Shown in pieces: positions 59,024 through 64,000 of a stretch of DNA of 64,000 nt (the stretch's first letter is position 1; each line of letters starts with the position of its first letter). Source of the DNA: Alphaproteobacteria bacterium (lineage in GTDB: Bacteria > Pseudomonadota > Alphaproteobacteria > JAQWUY01); NCBI GenBank assembly GCA_965276005.1, contig OZ254962.1, positions 2,890,699 to 2,954,698 of the forward strand, written 5' to 3'. Position numbers and translations under genes: made by a program. The notes below the pieces were generated by a model. It did not search any database. It had not been told where the DNA came from and saw only the letters and a list, made by a program, of their open reading frames with translations.

Positions 59024-61465
59024 ATGAGATTGAGATTTGTTTTATATCCATTTGTTGTAACATCTGTCGCTGTTACTCTGGCAGCGTGTGGCGGCGGTAG
59101 TGGCGGTGCGGATTCCCTTTCAGAATCGCCGAAATCCATGTACCCAAGCAGTATTCCACGAAATGACAATATACAACAGAGATCGGCATCGTCTATTCGG
59201 ACTTTAAACCAACCCCAACACATCACCTCAGGTATGGATGCCCAAGACGCCAATTTAAACCGATACACAGGAAAAGGTAAAAAAATTGGCGTCTGGGAAG
59301 TGGGTCTGTACATAAAAGACGATCCGGAATTTCAAGACGACAAGGGCAATACCCGCATGGGAACAGGCGTCGGCATGGACGGTAAAGATTTTAACGGATT
59401 CAGCAAAAACAATATGCCACATATGCAATATTGTAAAGTAAGAGAGATAGGGGTCACACTAAAAATGCCAGATAGTGGGCATTGTCCCTTTTACTACACC
59501 GCCTATCGTAATAAGGGTGAACACGCTCTCAGCGTTGCTTCAGCCGCCGCAGGCACAAGATTTGGCATTGCCAATCAAGCAACCATAGTACCATACCAAG
59601 TGGGTCGTCTTTCTGGTGCTGTTTCGTTTAGCCAAGGCGACAGCATCATCCCGGAACCCATTATGACTCATGCAGCAGCATACCAACACGCTATCGACAA
59701 TAAGCTGATTGCCATAAACAACAGCTATTCATCTAGTGTGAGATACGCTGTAGAGTATACGAACTGTATGAAAACCAAAACCCGTGAAGTATGTGACGAA
59801 TATCAAAAATCTAGATTGCCTTCTGAATTTATAGTCAGCAAAATAGAGAGCTATTACGATGATTTTGAAGCATCGAAAAACAATCCTATCGTAGTATACG
59901 CAACCGGAAATGACGGCAAAGACGAAGCAAGCATAGAAGTACGGGCGGGATATTACAGACCCAAAGTTGCACAGTGGCTTATAGGCGTTGCCGCCATCGA
60001 TAAAAATGGTCGAGAAGCATCTTTTTCAAACCGCTGTGGGGTGGCAAAATACTACTGTATGACCGCCTTAGGCTCCGGCGTAAAAGCCAGAAATCGCAGT
60101 TTTCCTAGTGGCAAACTGATAGATGGCAATAGATACGGCACTTCCTTTTCCACCCCACTGGTAACGGGATCATTTGCCTTGATTAGCGAAAAATTTTCCA
60201 GCCTAACCTCACAAGAAATCCGTTATCGCCTGTTATACACCGCCCGCCATAAACTAAAAAACGGCACAGCGTTAACCGACCGCACTGGCAACCCAGTAAC
60301 ACCAATCGTTACAGACAAGTGTATCAGCCCAACGGGTTGTTCCAATCATTTTGGCAACGGGGCGTTACGCCTAGACCTAGCTATGGCACCCATAGGACAA
60401 AGTAAAAGTGCCTACAATGGTAAAAGTCTGCTATCGGCACAACGGCAACCCATAAAAAATACCAAACTCGAGGCGTCCGGGGCATTTGGCTCCGGTATCA
60501 AACAAGCGTTTAACGACAAAGTAACCACCGTATACGATGCCCTAGACGCACCGTTTCAACACCGCATGAGTAGCTTCGTCAGCGGCGGACAGCACAACAA
60601 CACATACTCCGCCCTAACACTGGCAAGCCAAGACCGCAACATACACACCACAAAAATTATAAACACCAGCGGGCTAGCCTATACCACAGACAGACACGAC
60701 ACCGCTACACAAATGGGATTCGTCGCCTCGAGCAACGGCGTTAATAGTATTTTGGGCAAGCACCTAAATTACCGTGCCAATGTAGGCACTATGAACTTTA
60801 TCACCGCCGTCGAACCCAATGACGGTACCCTTATGTACGGTGCCGAACGGATGTTTAGGTATAACAAAACCACCATCACCCCGCTTACCAAAATCATTTA
60901 CGAACAAAACAAAGTATTGGGGGCAAAAGGATCGGCAACGCTGGCAACCACCGGGGCAAGTACCAGTACCTTTATCGGCATGAAAGCCCAAACCCACATA
61001 CAAGGCATCGATATATACACCTATGCCCATTATGGCATTACCCGCACCCGGGGCGATTTTGGCGTCAGCCTACAAAACCTAAACAATATCGAGTCGAATG
61101 ATTTCGGGCTGTCGTTTAGCAAAGGTTTTGAAACCCTTCGTAGCAATGGCAAATTCGGGGTGGCGTACAGCATGCCGTTACGGGTAACCCGTGCCGATGC
61201 CACCCTGCACTACAACAGCGGCAGAGACAAAGACAAAAACCTATTTTACAAAACCGAACAGGTCGACATAACCCCCAACGGCAAAGCCCGTATGATTGAG
61301 GCGTTTTACCAAACAGACGACAAACACAAATCGCACTCTTTACGGCTGCACATGGTACACAACCGGGACATAGACCACACCCGGGGGATAAACGCCACTT
61401 CCATCGGGGCGTATTACAAAATTAAATTTAACAGCGATACTATATTTAAAAACCGCACCCCTTAA
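59024..61465 (+). CDS. S8 subtilisin-like lipoprotein protease with probable C-terminal beta-barrel (autotransporter-like)
   Basis: Lipobox TLAAC-GGG; GKGKKIGVWE, HALSVASAAAG, INNSY, ATGND, FSNRCG and GTSFSTP motifs; amphipathic beta strands at the C-terminus. Confidence 0.85.
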   Translation: MRLRFVLYPFVVTSVAVTLAACGGGSGGADSLSESPKSMYPSSIPRNDNIQQRSASSIRTLNQPQHITSGMDAQDANLNRYTGKGKKIGVWEVGLYIKDDPEFQDDKGNTRMGTGVGMDGKDFNGFSKNNMPHMQYCKVREIGVTLKMPDSGHCPFYYTAYRNKGEHALSVASAAAGTRFGIANQATIVPYQVGRLSGAVSFSQGDSIIPEPIMTHAAAYQHAIDNKLIAINNSYSSSVRYAVEYTNCMKTKTREVCDEYQKSRLPSEFIVSKIESYYDDFEASKNNPIVVYATGNDGKDEASIEVRAGYYRPKVAQWLIGVAAIDKNGREASFSNRCGVAKYYCMTALGSGVKARNRSFPSGKLIDGNRYGTSFSTPLVTGSFALISEKFSSLTSQEIRYRLLYTARHKLKNGTALTDRTGNPVTPIVTDKCISPTGCSNHFGNGALRLDLAMAPIGQSKSAYNGKSLLSAQRQPIKNTKLEASGAFGSGIKQAFNDKVTTVYDALDAPFQHRMSSFVSGGQHNNTYSALTLASQDRNIHTTKIINTSGLAYTTDRHDTATQMGFVASSNGVNSILGKHLNYRANVGTMNFITAVEPNDGTLMYGAERMFRYNKTTITPLTKIIYEQNKVLGAKGSATLATTGASTSTFIGMKAQTHIQGIDIYTYAHYGITRTRGDFGVSLQNLNNIESNDFGLSFSKGFETLRSNGKFGVAYSMPLRVTRADATLHYNSGRDKDKNLFYKTEQVDITPNGKARMIEAFYQTDDKHKSHSLRLHMVHNRDIDHTRGINATSIGAYYKIKFNSDTIFKNRTP

Positions 61466-61564
61466 ATCCACAGTATGTGATAACATATGCTAAAATTTAT
61501 ATTGACAACACACTCGGGTTGTTGTATCGTCCCCCCTGCATTAGCACGAACCAAAGTATTCCAG

Positions 61565-62065
61565 CGGGATGTTGGGTAATGAGAAGGAATTTTATGCGGA
61601 CAGTGCGTATTGTTATCAGCAAACAAGCGACAAGTTAAAACGGTTTGGGATTACAAACAAGGTACAAAGCAAAGGCTATCGCAACCAACCATTAAGCCAA
61701 GCAGATAAACAGCAAAATGCCGAAATTGCTCTTATAAGGTCAGGGGTAGAACGCACCTTTGCGATGTATAAAGTTCACTACAAGTTATCAAAGACCCGTT
61801 TTGTGGGCTTGACAGAGAACACGACCTTTTACGGCATAGTAGCCATAGCCCACAACATCCAAAAAGGGGCAAGTTTTCTAAGTAAATACGGTATCCCCAC
61901 CCCAAAAACTACAGGGTGAATCTGTCTAAAATCTAAAAACACACCCTATTTTAAGCATATTTTACAACAGCAAATAAAAAATACACCAACATAACGAAAA
62001 ACATTTGACATCATAAAACAAAATATGTATGCTTAAGCCAATAGACACACCTTATGTGGAGATCT
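61565..62065 (+). mobile_element. IS5-family transposase 3' remnant and right end, copy 2
   Basis: FYADSAY..RSGVERTFA..RFVGL; direct repeat of 58677-58979; promoter TTGACA-17-TATGCT at 62005-62033. Confidence 0.82.
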
Positions 62066-62072
62066 AAATAGG

Positions 62073-64000
62073 ATGGTTTGTAACAAAAGTATTATGATGA
62101 CGGTGTCTTTTTATGCTGTTAGTGTATTGGTAGGCAACCTTGCTTATGCGGGGGAGCTCCCTGATGGTGGTAAGGTGGTTGATGGTAATGCCCATATTTA
62201 TCAGCAGGATAGCACTTTACATATCGACCAAAACACGGACAAAGCAATTATCGATTGGAACAGCTTTTCTGTGGGTAAGGATAGTACGGTAAACTTCAAT
62301 CAGCCCGACAGGGAATCGGCAACCTTAAATCGTGTTACGGGGAATTTTACTTCGGAAATTGCCGGGCGGATTAATGCCAATGGCAGTGTGTTTTTGGTCA
62401 ATCCCAATGGCATACTGATTACTGCCGATGGGACCATCGATACGGGTAATTTTGTTGCTTCGACTCTCGATATAGACAACAGCGATTTCCTAAATGGCGA
62501 TTACACATTTACCAAGAGCGGTGAAAATGGCGTTGTTAGCAATCGGGGGACTGTTTCGGTCGATGATGGCGGTTTTGTGGCATTGCTTGGCGGAGCGGTT
62601 AACAACGATGGTTTTGTGCGGACCCATGTGGGGATGGTGGGTTTTGCCGGCGGCGAAAAGATTGTCATGTCGTTTGGCAATAGCGATTTCCTACGGGTCG
62701 AGGTGCCTACGGATAAATGGCAACAGTTAAAAGATGCGGATGGCAACAAGGTCTCCGCTACTCTTGATTTAGACGGCACCATCGACTCTCGGGGCGGGTT
62801 TATCGACATTGCTGTTGCCGATGCGTCCGATATTCTTCGGCAAACTATTTCGATCGATGGTGTTATATCTGCAAATACTGTGTCTTCGCAGGATGGGGTT
62901 ATATCTATTAGTGGCGGCACTCTGGGGATTACCAGCAACGGGCGAATCACTGCCGATGCCGATTATGGCAATGCGGGACGGATAGATGTTGCGGTGCAAT
63001 CGTTGAATATGGCGGCTCCCATGTCTGCCACCGCTGCAACCGGCAACGGCGGAACGATTAAGGTATCGCTACAACAAGGGGCAAGTCTCAGTCGGGGGGC
63101 GGTGTTGGATGTTAGCGGTAAACAGGGCGGTAGTATATCGTTCATTGGTGGATTGTCCGGCGATAAATATTATAAAGTGGTCGGTTCGGGCGATTTTGTT
63201 GCTGATGGCAGCGATGGCACAGGTGGGTATATCGATATATCGAATAAAAACGGTTTGGTTGGGTTGTTTTCCGGCAGCATATCGGCAAAGGGTACGACTA
63301 TGGGCGGACGAATCCGTATCGGCGGGGCGTTTCAAGGTGGGAGATACAATCCGAAAACCAGCTCTCTTGACACAAAAACCCAAGATTTATTTGTCCATCG
63401 CCGGTCTGACGCCAGCGGGCTTACCAGTGCCGGTAAAACTTCATTAGGTACGGGCGTACACATCGATACATCATCCGCATCGGGTGCGGGGGGTACGGTT
63501 GTGCTGTGGGCAGATCATACCACCAATAACTATGCCCAAATTACCGCAACTGGTGCCACCGGTGGCGGGGCGGTAGAAATATCGGGTAAGAAAAGAGTCG
63601 ACAGCTTCGGTTTAAAACGGGTCGAAGTGGGTGACGGGGTCATCTTGCTCGACCCTAAAAATGTGGTTATTGGCAAGTTTTCTGATGGACTTTCACAGGC
63701 AAAACGCATTATGGCGACAACACCGTTGGTAAGCTTTAAACTGGATTTAGACGACAATGATAATTTTGGCAGTTCTGTTGCCATCAGCGAAGACGGCACC
63801 AAATTAGCGGTGGGTGCAAGGTTTGATGACACGGGGGCTACCGATAATGGGGCGGTGTATCTGTTTAAGATCGATGGTAAAGGTTCCCAATGGGGTAGTA
63901 CATTGATACAAGATTATAAAGTCGCCTATGGGTCTGGTTTGAATGTCAAACAGAGCAATGCACAATTTGGTAAATCTGTGGCGTTTAATGCCGATGGTAC
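62073..64000 (+). CDS. Second FHA-like/FG-GAP adhesin paralogue, runs off the window
   Basis: MVCNKSIMMTVSFYAVSVLVGNLAYA-GELPDGGKVV..AIIDWNSFSV..LNRVTG..VFLVNPNG..ILLDPKNV..FGSSVAISEDGTKLAVGA; colinear with the gene at 22480. Confidence 0.9.
   Translation, partial: MVCNKSIMMTVSFYAVSVLVGNLAYAGELPDGGKVVDGNAHIYQQDSTLHIDQNTDKAIIDWNSFSVGKDSTVNFNQPDRESATLNRVTGNFTSEIAGRINANGSVFLVNPNGILITADGTIDTGNFVASTLDIDNSDFLNGDYTFTKSGENGVVSNRGTVSVDDGGFVALLGGAVNNDGFVRTHVGMVGFAGGEKIVMSFGNSDFLRVEVPTDKWQQLKDADGNKVSATLDLDGTIDSRGGFIDIAVADASDILRQTISIDGVISANTVSSQDGVISISGGTLGITSNGRITADADYGNAGRIDVAVQSLNMAAPMSATAATGNGGTIKVSLQQGASLSRGAVLDVSGKQGGSISFIGGLSGDKYYKVVGSGDFVADGSDGTGGYIDISNKNGLVGLFSGSISAKGTTMGGRIRIGGAFQGGRYNPKTSSLDTKTQDLFVHRRSDASGLTSAGKTSLGTGVHIDTSSASGAGGTVVLWADHTTNNYAQITATGATGGGAVEISGKKRVDSFGLKRVEVGDGVILLDPKNVVIGKFSDGLSQAKRIMATTPLVSFKLDLDDNDNFGSSVAISEDGTKLAVGARFDDTGATDNGAVYLFKIDGKGSQWGSTLIQDYKVAYGSGLNVKQSNAQFGKSVAFNADG

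Noticed and set aside
61502-61570. TTGACA-17-TATCGT promoter followed by TTAGCAC (possible CIRCE or tRNA start)
   Set aside because: No second CIRCE half-site and no cloverleaf; the sequence is cut off by the IS5 remnant.
1-64000. tRNA, rRNA or prophage structural genes
   Set aside because: No cloverleaf, rRNA-like sequence or capsid/terminase/tail motifs were recognised.

Overview
Alphaproteobacterial chromosome segment, probably from a host-associated organism. Bases 1-14.5 kb are mostly core genes (ffh-rpsP-rimM-trmD-rplS, leuCD, a HIT protein, an lldD-like gene). Interspersed are a type III R-M mod gene, a DUF3800 two-gene cassette with a candidate small RNA, a YefM/YoeB-type TA pair and an inverse autotransporter. 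From about 14,490 the sequence looks like an integrated, decaying conjugative plasmid or ICE, joined at a junction that appears to truncate both a yejF-like ABC ATPase gene and a DnaA_N-domain rep gene. It carries type I R-M remnants around an AbiF gene, a large serine recombinase, HU, a giant FHA/FG-GAP/YDG-repeat adhesin, a dead parA, a 15.6-kb leading-region-like array (35.0-50.6 kb), a MOBF-like oriT with an RHH gene, defence-type cargo, IS1595 and IS5 debris, an S8 protease and a second adhesin. The strongest unexplained signal is an 11-copy upstream element: AGATAA box, covarying hairpin and AAAG(A/T)AAGT box at 40-41 nt spacing in 10 of 11 copies. It heads the transcription units of the array, all oriented toward the putative nic site. 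Also notable are four simple-sequence-repeat contingency loci and several candidate small RNAs beside defence genes. All family assignments come from motif recognition by eye, not database searches.
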